A stretch of 64,000 nt of DNA from a virus (IMGVR_UViG_2596583652_000001:1-64000); one strand, 5' to 3'. Shown: positions 34,441-44,677, counted from the stretch's first letter. Numbers and translations: made by a program. The notes: generated by a model not told the origin, from the letters alone.

Positions 34441-35705
34441 GGAGCGGGCTCTCGCTGAAGCTGCACAAGCTCCAGAAGCTGGTCCTGCGCGATCCCCGGC
34501 GCTTCCGGGTGATCGTCGCCGGCCGGCGCTGGGGCAAGACGCAGCTCTCCAAGATCTCCCTGATCCGCTTCGCCACCGAAAAGCAGAAGCAGCTGGTCTG
34601 GTATGTGGCGCCGACCTATCAGATGGCGCGCGACATTCTCTGGGACGACCTGAAGGCGTCGATCCCGGCCCAGTGGGTCCTGAAGATCCACGAGACCCGT
34701 ATGGTCATCTGGCTGATCAACGGCTCGCGCATCCATCTCAAGGGGGCCGACAAGCCCGACACGCTGCGCGGCGTCGGCCTGAACTTCCTCGTCATGGACG
34801 AGGCCCAGGACGTCAAGCAGGAGACCTGGGAGCTGGTGCTGCGCCCCACGCTCGCCAGCACCGGCGGCCGGGCGCTGTTCATCGCCACCCCGAAGAACTT
34901 CAACTGGCTCCACGCCATCTATGTGCTCGGTCAGCGCGGCGCCATCGTCGAGGATGAGCGCGGGCGCCGGGTGCCCAATGACTGGAAGAGCTGGCAGTTC
35001 CCGACCATCACCTCGCCCTTCATCCCGAAGAGCGAGATCCGTCAGGCCCGGCGCGACATGGATCCGCGCTCCTTCCGCCAGGAGTTCGAGGCGAGCTTCG
35101 AGACCATGTCCGGCCGGGTCTATTACCCGTTCGAGCGCGGCGAGCATGTGGGCGACTATCCCTACAATCCGGCGCTACCGATCTATGTCGGCATGGACTT
35201 CAACATCGACCCGATGTCGATGATCATCATCCAGGAGCAGCACAATGGCGAGATCTGGGTGGTGGATGAGGCGGTGCTGCCGGGCTCCAACACCCAGGAA
35301 GCGGCCGACGAGCTCGGCCGGCGCTACTGGAAGCGGATGAACGCACTCTCGATCTATCCCGATCCGGCCGGCAACAATCGCAACCATGACCGTGGCGAGT
35401 CCTCGCTCGACATTCTGCGCGAGGCCGGCTTCCGCAACATCTACTACAAGCGCAAGCATCCGCTGGTCATGGACCGGGTGAACGCCGTCAATCGCCTGCT
35501 GCGCACGGCCGAGGGTCAGGTCCGCCTGCGCGTCGATCGCAAGTGCCGCAAGTTCATCGATAGCCTCGAGCAGACCATCTACAAGGAAGGCTCGCGCGAG
35601 GTCGACAAGAGCAAGGGCACCGAGCACGCGGCGGACGCTTTCGGCTATTACGCTGACTTCCGGCACCCGGTGATCAAGCCGAAGATCCTCGGCATATCTC
35701 TTTGA
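34437..35705 (+). CDS. terL: terminase large subunit
   Basis: Walker A VIVAGRRWGKTQ, Walker B LNFLVMDEAQDV, and a C-terminal RNaseH-like nuclease region with acidic residues (GMDFNIDP...DEAV). Confidence 0.9.
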   Translation: MRSGLSLKLHKLQKLVLRDPRRFRVIVAGRRWGKTQLSKISLIRFATEKQKQLVWYVAPTYQMARDILWDDLKASIPAQWVLKIHETRMVIWLINGSRIHLKGADKPDTLRGVGLNFLVMDEAQDVKQETWELVLRPTLASTGGRALFIATPKNFNWLHAIYVLGQRGAIVEDERGRRVPNDWKSWQFPTITSPFIPKSEIRQARRDMDPRSFRQEFEASFETMSGRVYYPFERGEHVGDYPYNPALPIYVGMDFNIDPMSMIIIQEQHNGEIWVVDEAVLPGSNTQEAADELGRRYWKRMNALSIYPDPAGNNRNHDRGESSLDILREAGFRNIYYKRKHPLVMDRVNAVNRLLRTAEGQVRLRVDRKCRKFIDSLEQTIYKEGSREVDKSKGTEHAADAFGYYADFRHPVIKPKILGISL

Positions 35706-35708
35706 GCT

Positions 35709-35736
35709 TGCTTATAAGTGAGCACATACTTATTAT
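35709..35736. promoter_or_regulatory. palindromic motif copy (CTTATAAGTGAGCACATACTTATTATG)
   Basis: Lies between terL and portal. Confidence 0.5.
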
Positions 35737-35765
35737 GACGGCTCTTTAGGCAGGGTGATTGAACA

Positions 35766-37403
35766 ATGTCGGGTCCAGATCAGGATGTTCTGCGGGCGTT
35801 TTACGAGCGCCGGCACCCGGCCTATGCCGATCTTGTTCATCACTGGTATTTCCTCGAGGCGGCCTATCGCGGCGGCCGCGCCTGGTTCGAGACCAATATC
35901 TTCCGCTATTACAAGGAAGGCTCGAAGGAATTTAAGGCCCGTCTCGACCGGGCCTATCGCTTCAACCACACCCGCGAAGTCGTCGAGCTCGTCCAGAAAT
36001 ACCTGTTCAAGGCATCCGCCTCGCGCAATTCCGATGCGCCCCAGGTCATTGTGGATTTCTGGAAGAAGGCGACCCTGTCAGGGCTGCCGATCGACCAGCT
36101 GATGCGCTCGGCCTCCGTCGCCAACTCGATTGGCGGCCGCGTGGCCATCGTGGTGGACAACAACTTCGTCAATCAGGTCGAGGTCGCAGGGGAGGGCGGT
36201 CAGGTTCGCCGGCGCGCTCTGTCGATCGCCGAGGCCAAGCAGCAGAAGTTCTCGATCTACGCCTATCTCGTCGCCACCAAGGACATCCTGGACTATGCCT
36301 GGGATGAGGATGGCTCGGGCGGCCTGCTGTGGATCAAGCTGCGCGAGACCGTTCGCGACGACGCCGACCCGATCCATTCGAGCGGTGACCTGATCGACCG
36401 CGTCCGGCTGTGGACGCGCACCGACGTTACGCTGTTCGAGGAGCGTGACACCGGCCAGACCAAGATCGTCAACGGCCGCTCCGTGCCGGTGAAGACCATC
36501 AATGTGCTCGAGCATCGCCAGCACGATCTCGGCATGGTGCCGGTGGTGCTGGCCGATCACACGATCGGTGAGGATCCCTACCGGGTTCCCGGCCTGATCG
36601 ATGACATCGCCTATCTGGACCGCGCCGTCGCCAATTATCTGTCCAACCTCGACGCCATCATCCAGGACCAGACCTTCTCGCAGCTGGCTATTCCCGCCCA
36701 GTCGCTGCTGCCGGGCGAAGACGCCTACAAGAAGATGCTGGAGATGGGCACCAAGCGGGTGTTCGTGTTCGACGCCTCCGCCGGCTCGGCGCGCCCGGAA
36801 TATCTCTCGCCCGATCCCAAGCAGGCCGGCGTGATCCTCACGGTGATCAACAAGATCATCAACGAGATCTACCACACGATCGGACTCGCCGGAGAGCGCA
36901 CGAAGGAAGACAACGCGGTTGGTATCGACAATTCGTCGGGCGTCGCCAAGGCGTATGACTTCGAGCGCGTCAACTCGCTGCTCCTGTCCAAGGCGCAGTC
37001 CTGCGAGTCGGTCGAGAACAAGCTGATCAACATCGTGCTTGCCTGGGCCGGCGAGGCGCCGCCCAAGGACAAGCTCGTCTCCTATCCCACCACGTTCGAC
37101 GTGATGCGCCTGGTTGACGATCTCGTCACCGCCGAGGCGCTCGCCAAGCTCGCCGCGCCCGTGGAGGTCCGGCGCGAGCAGATGCGCGGTCTTGTCGACA
37201 AGCTGTTCCCGCAGCTGAAGGCGGACCTGCGCTCCAAGCTCGCCGCCGACATCGAGACCTGGCTCGACGACGCGGACATCGCTCTCACCCCTCCGACCAA
37301 CTTCGGCAGCTCCAAGCCTGCTGCGTCACCCAATCGCCAGGGCGAGGTGACGGCTGACACCCCCTCGAAGACCAAGGGCGCCGCTTCCCGCAAGGCGTCC
37401 TGA
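35766..37403 (+). CDS. portal protein
   Basis: 545 aa, placed between terL and scaffold/capsid. Typical size. Assigned on position and size, not on motif. Confidence 0.7.
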   Translation: MSGPDQDVLRAFYERRHPAYADLVHHWYFLEAAYRGGRAWFETNIFRYYKEGSKEFKARLDRAYRFNHTREVVELVQKYLFKASASRNSDAPQVIVDFWKKATLSGLPIDQLMRSASVANSIGGRVAIVVDNNFVNQVEVAGEGGQVRRRALSIAEAKQQKFSIYAYLVATKDILDYAWDEDGSGGLLWIKLRETVRDDADPIHSSGDLIDRVRLWTRTDVTLFEERDTGQTKIVNGRSVPVKTINVLEHRQHDLGMVPVVLADHTIGEDPYRVPGLIDDIAYLDRAVANYLSNLDAIIQDQTFSQLAIPAQSLLPGEDAYKKMLEMGTKRVFVFDASAGSARPEYLSPDPKQAGVILTVINKIINEIYHTIGLAGERTKEDNAVGIDNSSGVAKAYDFERVNSLLLSKAQSCESVENKLINIVLAWAGEAPPKDKLVSYPTTFDVMRLVDDLVTAEALAKLAAPVEVRREQMRGLVDKLFPQLKADLRSKLAADIETWLDDADIALTPPTNFGSSKPAASPNRQGEVTADTPSKTKGAASRKAS

Positions 37404-37481
37404 CCGACCAAGGCATACCGGATCGAGACACTGATCCATCACGACCGAAGCGCCCGAGATAATGGGCAAAGGAGAAGACCG

Positions 37482-38408
37482 ATGATGAAGACTCGCATGA
37501 CTGCGCTCGCGTCCACGCGCATGTTCTTTCCCGAGCTGCCCGGCATGCCGCGTGTGGCCTACGACAAGGATGATGGCGCCGGCGCCGGCGGTGATGCCAA
37601 TGAGACGAATGCTGCCGCGGAAGCCGCCGCGGCTGAAGAGACCGCTGCTCGCGAGCTCGCCGAGGCTGAAGCCGCGGCCGAGGCGGCCGCCGAAGCGCTT
37701 GCCGCCGGCTCCGACACGTCGAAGGACGGCAAGGAGAAGGCCGCTCTCCTGCGCGAGGTGATGGACAAGAAGAGCAAGCTGAAGGACGCCGAAAAGCGCG
37801 CCACTGATGCCGCTGCCGCGCTCGCCGCCTATGGCGGCGTCGATCCGCAGAAGGTGCGCGACCTGATCAAGCGCGAAGAGGAGGCCGAGCGTGCGGCGGC
37901 CGAGGCCAAGGGCGACTTCGATCGCGTCAAGGCCATGATGATCGAGGAGCACAACAAGGAGAAGTCGACGCTTCAGTCCGAACTTGAGGCTGAGCGCGCC
38001 GCCCGCGCGGTCGATCAGAAGCGCATCGATGACCTGACCGTCGGCAATGACTTCGGCAACTCCAAGTTCATCCAGGAAAATCTGACCCTGACGCCGGCCA
38101 AGTCGCGCAAGCTCTACGGCGCCCATTTCGAGGTCGTCGACGGGCGCACCGTCGGCTACGACAAGCCGGCCGGCGCGAAGGATCGCACGATGCTCGTCAA
38201 TGCAAAGGGCGATCCTCTGGGTTTCGATGAAGCATTCAAGCGGATCATCGACGCCGATCCGGAGAAGGAGACGCTGCTGAAGGCGAAGATCTCGCCCGGC
38301 GCGGGCTCTCGCTCGGAGAACCTGCTGAAGACTCCGGCCAAGAAGAGCGCCGATAACCTGTTCGGCATGGCCCGTCTTCGCGCTGCGTTGGACAACGACG
38401 TAGACTAG
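37482..38408 (+). CDS. scaffolding protein (candidate)
   Basis: AAGGAG ribosome-binding site. Long Ala/Glu-rich coiled coil between portal and capsid. Confidence 0.55.
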   Translation: MMKTRMTALASTRMFFPELPGMPRVAYDKDDGAGAGGDANETNAAAEAAAAEETAARELAEAEAAAEAAAEALAAGSDTSKDGKEKAALLREVMDKKSKLKDAEKRATDAAAALAAYGGVDPQKVRDLIKREEEAERAAAEAKGDFDRVKAMMIEEHNKEKSTLQSELEAERAARAVDQKRIDDLTVGNDFGNSKFIQENLTLTPAKSRKLYGAHFEVVDGRTVGYDKPAGAKDRTMLVNAKGDPLGFDEAFKRIIDADPEKETLLKAKISPGAGSRSENLLKTPAKKSADNLFGMARLRAALDNDVD

Positions 38409-38472
38409 GCGAAGAATTATAGCGGGTTCGGTTCTGGGTTCGGATTTTTTTCCTTGCCATTCTGTCGCTCTT

Positions 38473-38500
38473 GGATAATAAGTGAGCACATACTTATTCT
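38473..38500. promoter_or_regulatory. palindromic motif copy (GGATAATAAGTGAGCACATACTTATTCT)
   Basis: 28 bp upstream of the capsid ATG. Confidence 0.5.
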
Positions 38501-38528
38501 CCACGGGACAAGATAGGAACCGAACCCA

Positions 38529-39431
38529 ATGCCGCTTCTCATGACCGAAGCCGCAAAGCTGGCGGAAGATGACCGGCAGCGCGGTATTATCGAAGAGCTG
38601 ATCGACAAGGACGAGCTGTTCGCCCTTGTCCCGTTCGTCCGCTCCAAGGATGACGTCTACGCCTATGATCGTGAGAAGACCCTGCCGGGCGCGGGCTGGA
38701 TCGATCCGTATGACGACATCGAGGAGAGCACCGCGACCTTCGAGCCCGTCACCGCGCGCATCAAGATTCTGGCTGGCCAGGTCGACATCGCCAACTTCAT
38801 CTCCGAAGTGAAGTCCGACCTTTACGACCAGGTCGCCGTGCAGCTCGCTGCCAAGGCCAAGGGCGTCGGTCGCGACTTCCGTCAGGCTCTGGTGAACGGC
38901 GACAGTGCCGTCAATCCGAAGCAGTTCGACGGCCTGAAGAAGTTCGTGACCGCGGGTCAGACCCTGACCGCCGGCGCCAACGGCAACGCCCTGTCCTACT
39001 CCATGCTCGACGAGCTGAAGGACGCGGTGAAGCTCGGCGCGGACTGTCTGATGATGCGCCAGGGCACCTGGCGTGCGCTGCGCCAGCTCAATCGTCTTCA
39101 GGGCGGCAACACCGCCGACATGATGATGATCGAGAACTTCGGCGTCCCGGTGAAGGCGTATGATGGCACCCCGGTGATCATCAACGACTATATCGGCGCC
39201 GACGAGACGCAGGGCGACAACGACGCCACGACCTCGATCTACGCGCTGCGCCTGAATGAGGCCGATGGCTTCCACGGCCTCTATGCGGGCGACGCCGCCG
39301 GCATCCGGGTCGAGAAGGTCGGTCTGAACTTCGGCAAGGACAGCACCCGCTGGCGTCTGAAGTGGTATTGCGCCGCGGCGCTCAAGGCCACGCATGCGGT
39401 CGCCCGCCTCAAGGGCGTTACCAACATTTGA
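38529..39431 (+). CDS. major capsid protein (HK97-fold size class)
   Basis: 300 aa directly after the scaffold gene. Assigned on position and size. Confidence 0.7.
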   Translation: MPLLMTEAAKLAEDDRQRGIIEELIDKDELFALVPFVRSKDDVYAYDREKTLPGAGWIDPYDDIEESTATFEPVTARIKILAGQVDIANFISEVKSDLYDQVAVQLAAKAKGVGRDFRQALVNGDSAVNPKQFDGLKKFVTAGQTLTAGANGNALSYSMLDELKDAVKLGADCLMMRQGTWRALRQLNRLQGGNTADMMMIENFGVPVKAYDGTPVIINDYIGADETQGDNDATTSIYALRLNEADGFHGLYAGDAAGIRVEKVGLNFGKDSTRWRLKWYCAAALKATHAVARLKGVTNI

Positions 39432-39435
39432 TCTT

Positions 39436-39464
39436 GCACATAAGTATGTGCATACATAGTATGG
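39436..39464. promoter_or_regulatory. palindromic motif copy (CACATAAGTATGTGCATACATAGTATGG)
   Basis: Immediately downstream of the capsid stop. Confidence 0.45.
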
Positions 39465-39506
39465 GCGGGAGCAATCCCGCCCATTGCTGTTTGCGGACCT
39501 CTTTTC

Positions 39507-40175
39507 ATGGACAACGAACCAATGAAGCATCTCAAGATCGTCGACGGCGCGTGGGCAGGCTATACCGGCATCCTCGGCCGGTTCGAGTTCGTCGAGGGCG
39601 TCTCGGTGCTGAAGCTGCATCGCTGCGACCGCGATCTCCTCGCTTCCGTCGCCAACTTCGTGGAGCTCGAGGACGACGGCGGTGAAACCCCGGCCGGCGT
39701 GACCCATCGTCTGGCCACAGAGGCGCAGCTTCGTGCGCCGGTCGCCGCGCCGCTTGCGCGGCAGACGGAGACTGACAAGAAGGCTGAGGCCATCATGGCC
39801 GCCGCCGCGGCCAACAAGGCCCCGACCGAGTTCCACACCAAGCCTGAGCTCGAGGCTGTGGCCGACAAGTCCGGCATCAAGGGTCTGCGCGCGATCGGTG
39901 ACAAGTGGAACGTCAAGAGCCGCTCCATTCCGATCCTGATCGAGATGATCCTCGACGCCCAGGCCAAGTTCATCCTCAAGCGTGATCAGCGGATGCAGAG
40001 CGAACCGGCGCCGGCCACCGAGCCCGCTCCGGTGGAGACGCCCGCATCTGCGCCCGCTGCTGAAGTGGAGGAGGACTTCACCGAAGCCCAGATCGAGACG
40101 ACCGAGGTGTCGCTCGAGGAGGCCGCGGCGACCGGCAATCTCGCCGCAGCGATCAGCGACGACGGTCAGGAGTGA
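39507..40175 (+). CDS. head protein with a Rho-N-like / Ala-Pro-rich region
   Basis: 222 aa, with a low-complexity acidic C-terminus. Confidence 0.45.
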   Translation: MDNEPMKHLKIVDGAWAGYTGILGRFEFVEGVSVLKLHRCDRDLLASVANFVELEDDGGETPAGVTHRLATEAQLRAPVAAPLARQTETDKKAEAIMAAAAANKAPTEFHTKPELEAVADKSGIKGLRAIGDKWNVKSRSIPILIEMILDAQAKFILKRDQRMQSEPAPATEPAPVETPASAPAAEVEEDFTEAQIETTEVSLEEAAATGNLAAAISDDGQE

Positions 40176-40178
40176 TCC

Positions 40179-40979
40179 ATGAACGTCTATCCGGAGGATT
40201 ATGAGGTTCGCCTGACCGTCGCCTTCACGGACCTGAACGGCGCGCCGGTGCTACCGAGCGCGATCCGCGCGGCTCTCTATGACGGCGAGGATCGGCTCCT
40301 GGTCGATTTCGGTGACCTGCCCTTCGACACCGAGCTCGGGCACAAGGAGATCGTCATCCCGGCGGCGTTCAATGCGCTGTCGGCCGGCGAGCTCTCCAGC
40401 CCGCGCATCCTCCGGGTTCAGATCGTCACGGCTGCCGGCATCATCCGGCGGCCCTTCTCCTATCTGATCGAAGGCGAGTTCCGGCTCGCGCTGCTCGAGA
40501 ACACCTTCATCACCTATGAGGCGGCCGAACTGCTGGCGCGCGACATGGCCGACACCTCGGCCTGGGACAATGCCGAGCCCGATCGCCGCCAGGCCGCCCT
40601 GATCGAGGCGTTTCGCCGTCTCTCGGCTATCCCGCTGCGCTTTGCCCATGAAGATGAGCACGGCCGGATCATCGACGAGGAGGAGACCATCCTCATCAGC
40701 GGCGCCTGGGACAATATCAGCGAGGAGGAGTATTTCGGGTTCCCCGCGCGCTTCCGGCGTCTGCTGCGCACCGCCCAGCTGGTGGAGGCGATCGAACTGC
40801 TGGCCGGCGACACCACGGCGCGCAAGCATCGGGCCGGCATCGTGTCCGAGACGATCGGCGAAAGCTCCGTGCGGCTCCAGCCGGGCGCCGGCGGCGCCGT
40901 CGACTATGGCGTGTCGGCCCAGACCCTCTCCCACCTCAAGGGCTACGTCTATTACAGCTCGCGGATCTTCCGGGCATGA
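40179..40979 (+). CDS. head-tail connector/adaptor (candidate)
   Basis: Assigned by position after the head genes. 266 aa. Confidence 0.4.
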   Translation: MNVYPEDYEVRLTVAFTDLNGAPVLPSAIRAALYDGEDRLLVDFGDLPFDTELGHKEIVIPAAFNALSAGELSSPRILRVQIVTAAGIIRRPFSYLIEGEFRLALLENTFITYEAAELLARDMADTSAWDNAEPDRRQAALIEAFRRLSAIPLRFAHEDEHGRIIDEEETILISGAWDNISEEEYFGFPARFRRLLRTAQLVEAIELLAGDTTARKHRAGIVSETIGESSVRLQPGAGGAVDYGVSAQTLSHLKGYVYYSSRIFRA

Positions 40980-41737
40980 TCGCCAACCGGCTGAGCGAGG
41001 AGGCCGAGCGCGCCGCCGAGCGCTACGCTCTGGTCACGAAGGAGTGGCAGCGCCTCTATGACGAAGCGCTCGGCGCCGACGACTTCGGTTCGGCCGCTCT
41101 TACGGCCCGCATCATGGCCGCGGCCTATCAGGTCAGCCTCCGGCACATCGCCGATGAGGATGCGCACATCGAAGGCGCTCTTAGCGCCATTGCCCAGAGC
41201 GCACGCGAGACGACGCTTTCACAGATCGCGAGCATCGAAGCGTCTGACCTGTCGGACGACGCCCTCGAGCACCTGGCGCAATCCCAGAGCTATCTCATCA
41301 ACGAGATCGCAGCCCAGATGCAGCGCGATCTCGCGACGCTGCGTCAGAAGCTGCAGGCCGCGGCGCTCGCTGTTCGCGCGAGCGTTCGCACGCGGCGCAT
41401 GAATGAGCGCATGGCGATGCTCGACTACCGGATGTCCTCCTTCGGCAAGCTGGAATTCACCTTCTACGACCGGCGCTCCTATCGCTGGATCTCGCGCAAG
41501 TTCGTTCGCACCGTTTGGCGTCACACGCTGCTCGCCGCCTACAACGAGATGGTCCTGATGACGGCTGCCGATCACGGCCATGCCGAGATCGCCGTGGTTA
41601 CCGAGAGCGAGGGCGTTCTCCAGACCCAGGGTCAGGTGTCGCTGCGCGATGACGCGCTGGGCTACGCCGCGGCGTGCGAGCACTTCTTCCATCCGAACAG
41701 CACCTGTTTCCTGTCGATGGAGGCGGGCCATGTTTGA
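40976..41737 (+). CDS. hypothetical structural protein
   Basis: 253-aa ORF in the head-tail joining region with ATGA overlap. Confidence 0.45.
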   Translation: MIANRLSEEAERAAERYALVTKEWQRLYDEALGADDFGSAALTARIMAAAYQVSLRHIADEDAHIEGALSAIAQSARETTLSQIASIEASDLSDDALEHLAQSQSYLINEIAAQMQRDLATLRQKLQAAALAVRASVRTRRMNERMAMLDYRMSSFGKLEFTFYDRRSYRWISRKFVRTVWRHTLLAAYNEMVLMTAADHGHAEIAVVTESEGVLQTQGQVSLRDDALGYAAACEHFFHPNSTCFLSMEAGHV

Positions 41738-42074
41738 GCCCAACAATGTCGGCTGGCTCTCGCGCAAGATCGGCCGGAATGTCCATGCCCAGGTGACCTA
41801 CGCGCCGCCGGTGAAGTGCCCCTTCGCGCCGGTGAACCTCAGCGTCGGTGCCCAGAAGACCTCGGTGCGCGCCGACAGCTCCGCCTCGCGCGGCGCCGCC
41901 GATGAAATGGCCGCCATGCGCGCCAAGATCCTCGTCGCCAATTTCGTGAAGATCGAGATCGGCGATCGCTTCGAGTTCGACGGTCAGACCTACCGCATCG
42001 AGACCAAGCACACCCGGCGCTCGGTCGCCGGCGTCATCGACCATTTCGAGTGCGATATGGAGCTGCTGCCGTGA
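41730..42074 (+). CDS. head-tail joining protein (candidate)
   Basis: ATG at 41730 in frame with track ORF 41580..42074. Confidence 0.4.
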   Translation: MFEPNNVGWLSRKIGRNVHAQVTYAPPVKCPFAPVNLSVGAQKTSVRADSSASRGAADEMAAMRAKILVANFVKIEIGDRFEFDGQTYRIETKHTRRSVAGVIDHFECDMELLP

Positions 42075-42544
42075 TCAAGATGAAGGTCACGGGCCTGGCG
42101 CCGGCGATCCTTCGTCTGCGCAACATCGCCGACACGGTGCCCTCGACCGCACGCAAGCAGATGACGCGCTCGGCCGAGCGCATCGTGAAGGTGGCCAAGA
42201 TCCTGGTGCCTCGCGATACGGGTCTGCTGGAGGAGTCGATCCGGATCGAGAAGAGCTATGGCACGCGCGGCCGCCTGCAGATCGACATCGTCGCCGGCGG
42301 CACGGGCGAGGTGCTTCGCGGTGATGGCTACATCACTCTGGACCAGTATGCCTCCGTGGTTCATGAGCACTATGAGGACTGGGTCATTCGAACGAACGGC
42401 ATGGGTCCGAATACGCTGGCCAAGCAGGCCGCGAACCCCGAGCACGTCATCGGCTCGAAATTCCTTGAGCGCGCGGCCGTGGCGGAAGAGCCGAAGCTCG
42501 AGCGCAACATCATCCAGTCCATTCTGCAGGTGACCGAGCAATGA
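42071..42544 (+). CDS. HK97 gp10-like tail component
   Basis: ILVPRDTGLLEESIRIEKS matches the PRDTG.L..S motif of the HK97 gp10 family. Confidence 0.55.
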   Translation: MIKMKVTGLAPAILRLRNIADTVPSTARKQMTRSAERIVKVAKILVPRDTGLLEESIRIEKSYGTRGRLQIDIVAGGTGEVLRGDGYITLDQYASVVHEHYEDWVIRTNGMGPNTLAKQAANPEHVIGSKFLERAAVAEEPKLERNIIQSILQVTEQ

Positions 42545-42954
42545 TCTTCGACATCCTTGAGCACAAGATCGCCGCCGCCGGCCTTGGCGTGCCAGGTGAA
42601 AGCCTGTTTCGCGGCACCATGCCGGCCGAATGCACGGTTGGCGTGCTCTTTCGCATGCCGCTCGAGGGCATCCCCGTCGATCCGCACATTGTCGGCTGGC
42701 ACAAGCCGCGTCTGCAGGTGATCGTGCGCCACACCGACCCGGTCCAGGGCGAGGCGCTCGCCAACAAGGTCATCAAGACGCTGCTGGTCGAGCACCCGGA
42801 AGATCACCCGGCGACCGCGGAGCGGGGCAGGGCGCGCATCACGGTGTTCTACCCGGCCCAGCTGCCGATCCAGTTTCCGATGCTGGAAGGCAATGCCATC
42901 GAGTGGTCGCTGAACTTCCGCACGGCCTTTTCTGTCGAGCCGGCCTGGAAATAG
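42541..42954 (+). CDS. tail completion protein (candidate)
   Basis: Assigned by position immediately before the major tail protein. Confidence 0.45.
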   Translation: MIFDILEHKIAAAGLGVPGESLFRGTMPAECTVGVLFRMPLEGIPVDPHIVGWHKPRLQVIVRHTDPVQGEALANKVIKTLLVEHPEDHPATAERGRARITVFYPAQLPIQFPMLEGNAIEWSLNFRTAFSVEPAWK

Positions 42955-42996
42955 CTACATACAGGTGTAGCTATTTGCGTGGACTTCCCACGGATG

Positions 42997-43026
42997 TTAA
43001 AGTATGTATGTGCATACTTTCTAATT
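42997..43026. promoter_or_regulatory. palindromic motif copy (AAAGTATGTATGTGCATACTTTCT)
   Basis: 26 bp upstream of the major tail protein ATG. Confidence 0.5.
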
Positions 43027-43051
43027 CCGCTTCTACAGAGGATCTCCGTCC

Positions 43052-43885
43052 ATGCCTTCGTCCGCCGAAAACGTTAAGCTCGGCGTCTGCAACGTTCTCT
43101 TCGACGGCCGCAACCTGGGCTATACCAAGGGCGGTGTCGAGGTGGAGGTGACGACGTCGACCCATCCCGTGACCGTCGACCAGACCGGCGAGACGCCGAT
43201 CGGCGAGCTCGTCACCGGTCGTCAGGTCAAGGTGACCGCGCCGCTCGCCGAGACCACGCTCGACAATCTCGTGGCTGTGATGCCTGGCTCGACCCTGATC
43301 ACCGACGGCGCTAAGGCGTCGGGCTCCGTGACCTTCAAGACCGCGGCCCCGGTCAATGGCGACAAGATCGTTCTGGCCAGCACCACGATCACCTTCAAGA
43401 CCGTTCCCGCGGGTCCGTTCGATCTGCCGATTCCGGCGACCATCGGCGCTGCGGCCTCGGCGCTTGCTGATGTGATCAACGCCTCCAACCTGCCCTTCGT
43501 CGCCTCGGCAAATGCGGGGGTCACCACGATCACCGCCAAGACGCGCGGTGTGGCCGGCAACGTCGCCCTGGTTGCCACCTTCGTAACCGCGGCCAACGTC
43601 ACGGCCGTGGCCCTGACCGGCGGTGTCGATGTCACCAAGGCACAGGTGAAGGTCTCGACCGGCGTGAACATCAACCTGCTGTCGGTGGCCAAGACTCTGG
43701 TCCTGCGCCCGATCGGCACCACGGGCGCTGACGACTTCACCGTCTACAAGGCCGCCTGCCCGGGCGCGATCAACTTCACCTACCAGCAGGACGCCGAGCG
43801 CATCTATTCGGCGGTCTTCACCGGCTACGCCGCCGACGACGGCGGTCTGTTCGCCGTCGGCGACGTGACCGCCACGGGCGCCTGA
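43052..43885 (+). CDS. major tail (tube) protein
   Basis: 277 aa, Thr/Val/Ala-rich and beta-type, followed by the chaperone with frameshift and the tape measure gene. Canonical order. Confidence 0.7.
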   Translation: MPSSAENVKLGVCNVLFDGRNLGYTKGGVEVEVTTSTHPVTVDQTGETPIGELVTGRQVKVTAPLAETTLDNLVAVMPGSTLITDGAKASGSVTFKTAAPVNGDKIVLASTTITFKTVPAGPFDLPIPATIGAAASALADVINASNLPFVASANAGVTTITAKTRGVAGNVALVATFVTAANVTAVALTGGVDVTKAQVKVSTGVNINLLSVAKTLVLRPIGTTGADDFTVYKAACPGAINFTYQQDAERIYSAVFTGYAADDGGLFAVGDVTATGA

Positions 43886-43973
43886 CCTTTGGCCCTTCAG
43901 GGCTGATGCCAGTCAACGGCCGGCGCTCACGAACAGGGCGCCGGCCATTTTGTTCTCCACCAGCGGATCCATC

Positions 43974-44315
43974 ATGACCAAGATCATCAACCTCGATGCC
44001 TTCGTGAAGCCGAGCCCCGTCACCCTCGACATTGACGGGGTCAAGCACCCCATGGCGACGGCCACCCTCGATACCTTTTTCGCCAATGCCAAGGATCTCG
44101 AGGATCTGAAGCTGGATGGCGGCCCGGTGAAGGAGCTCCAGGTCATGATCCGCATGATCAACCGCGCCTTCCCCTCGCTCACCGAAGCGCAGATCCGCTC
44201 CTGGAGCCTCGAGCAGCTGAACGGCATCGCCGAGATCGCCCGCACGGCCAGCGGCGAGGTCGTCGAGGAGGCGCCGGCGGCGGACCAGGTGGGAAAGGCC
44301 CCCAGCGCGAGCTGA
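43974..44315 (+). CDS. tail assembly chaperone (lambda G equivalent)
   Basis: ATG at 43974 in frame with track ORF 43950..44315. Ends at ...VGKAPSAS with the slippery heptamer near its 3' end. Confidence 0.65.
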   Translation: MTKIINLDAFVKPSPVTLDIDGVKHPMATATLDTFFANAKDLEDLKLDGGPVKELQVMIRMINRAFPSLTEAQIRSWSLEQLNGIAEIARTASGEVVEEAPAADQVGKAPSAS

Positions 44316-44677
44316 AGTCCGCTGATCTCGGATTTCTGTTCGCCAAGGTCCTGCGGGAGTTCCGGCTCTCCTGGGACGAGATGATGGCGATGCCGGTGCG
44401 TCGCTTCTGGTTCCTCCTGAGCCAGATCGACCGACTCCGGGCGGAGGATGGCCTCGAACAGCTGGCGCTGCTGGCCGCCGTGACCAACGAGGAGGGCTAC
44501 AAATCCCTTCACGGAAGTCTCGGGAAGCAGATCGGGGAGATCTACGTCTACGAGCCGATCCGCACTGGCGAGATCCAGATCGTGGGTGGTGTGGCGCTCA
44601 CTGACGAGGGTCTTGATCCCAGCTTCGACCGCGCCGGGCTCATGGCGCTCAAACGGCGCATTCAGTCCGGCGGGTAA
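44291..44677 (+). CDS. -1 frameshift extension of the tail assembly chaperone (lambda GT equivalent)
   Basis: Slippery heptamer G GGA AAG at 44291-44297, identical to lambda G/T. The -1 frame is open from 44282 through the track ORF 44381..44677 (...GKGPQRELKSADLGFLFAKVLREFRLSWDEMMAMPV...). Confidence 0.6.
   Translation, partial: GKGPQRELKSADLGFLFAKVLREFRLSWDEMMAMPVRRFWFLLSQIDRLRAEDGLEQLALLAAVTNEEGYKSLHGSLGKQIGEIYVYEPIRTGEIQIVGGVALTDEGLDPSFDRAGLMALKRRIQSGG

Noticed and set aside
37326-39836. 836-aa minus-strand ORF antisense to the scaffold and capsid genes
   Set aside because: Opposite the canonical head operon. Low-complexity translation (runs of G, R, A, L). Artefact.
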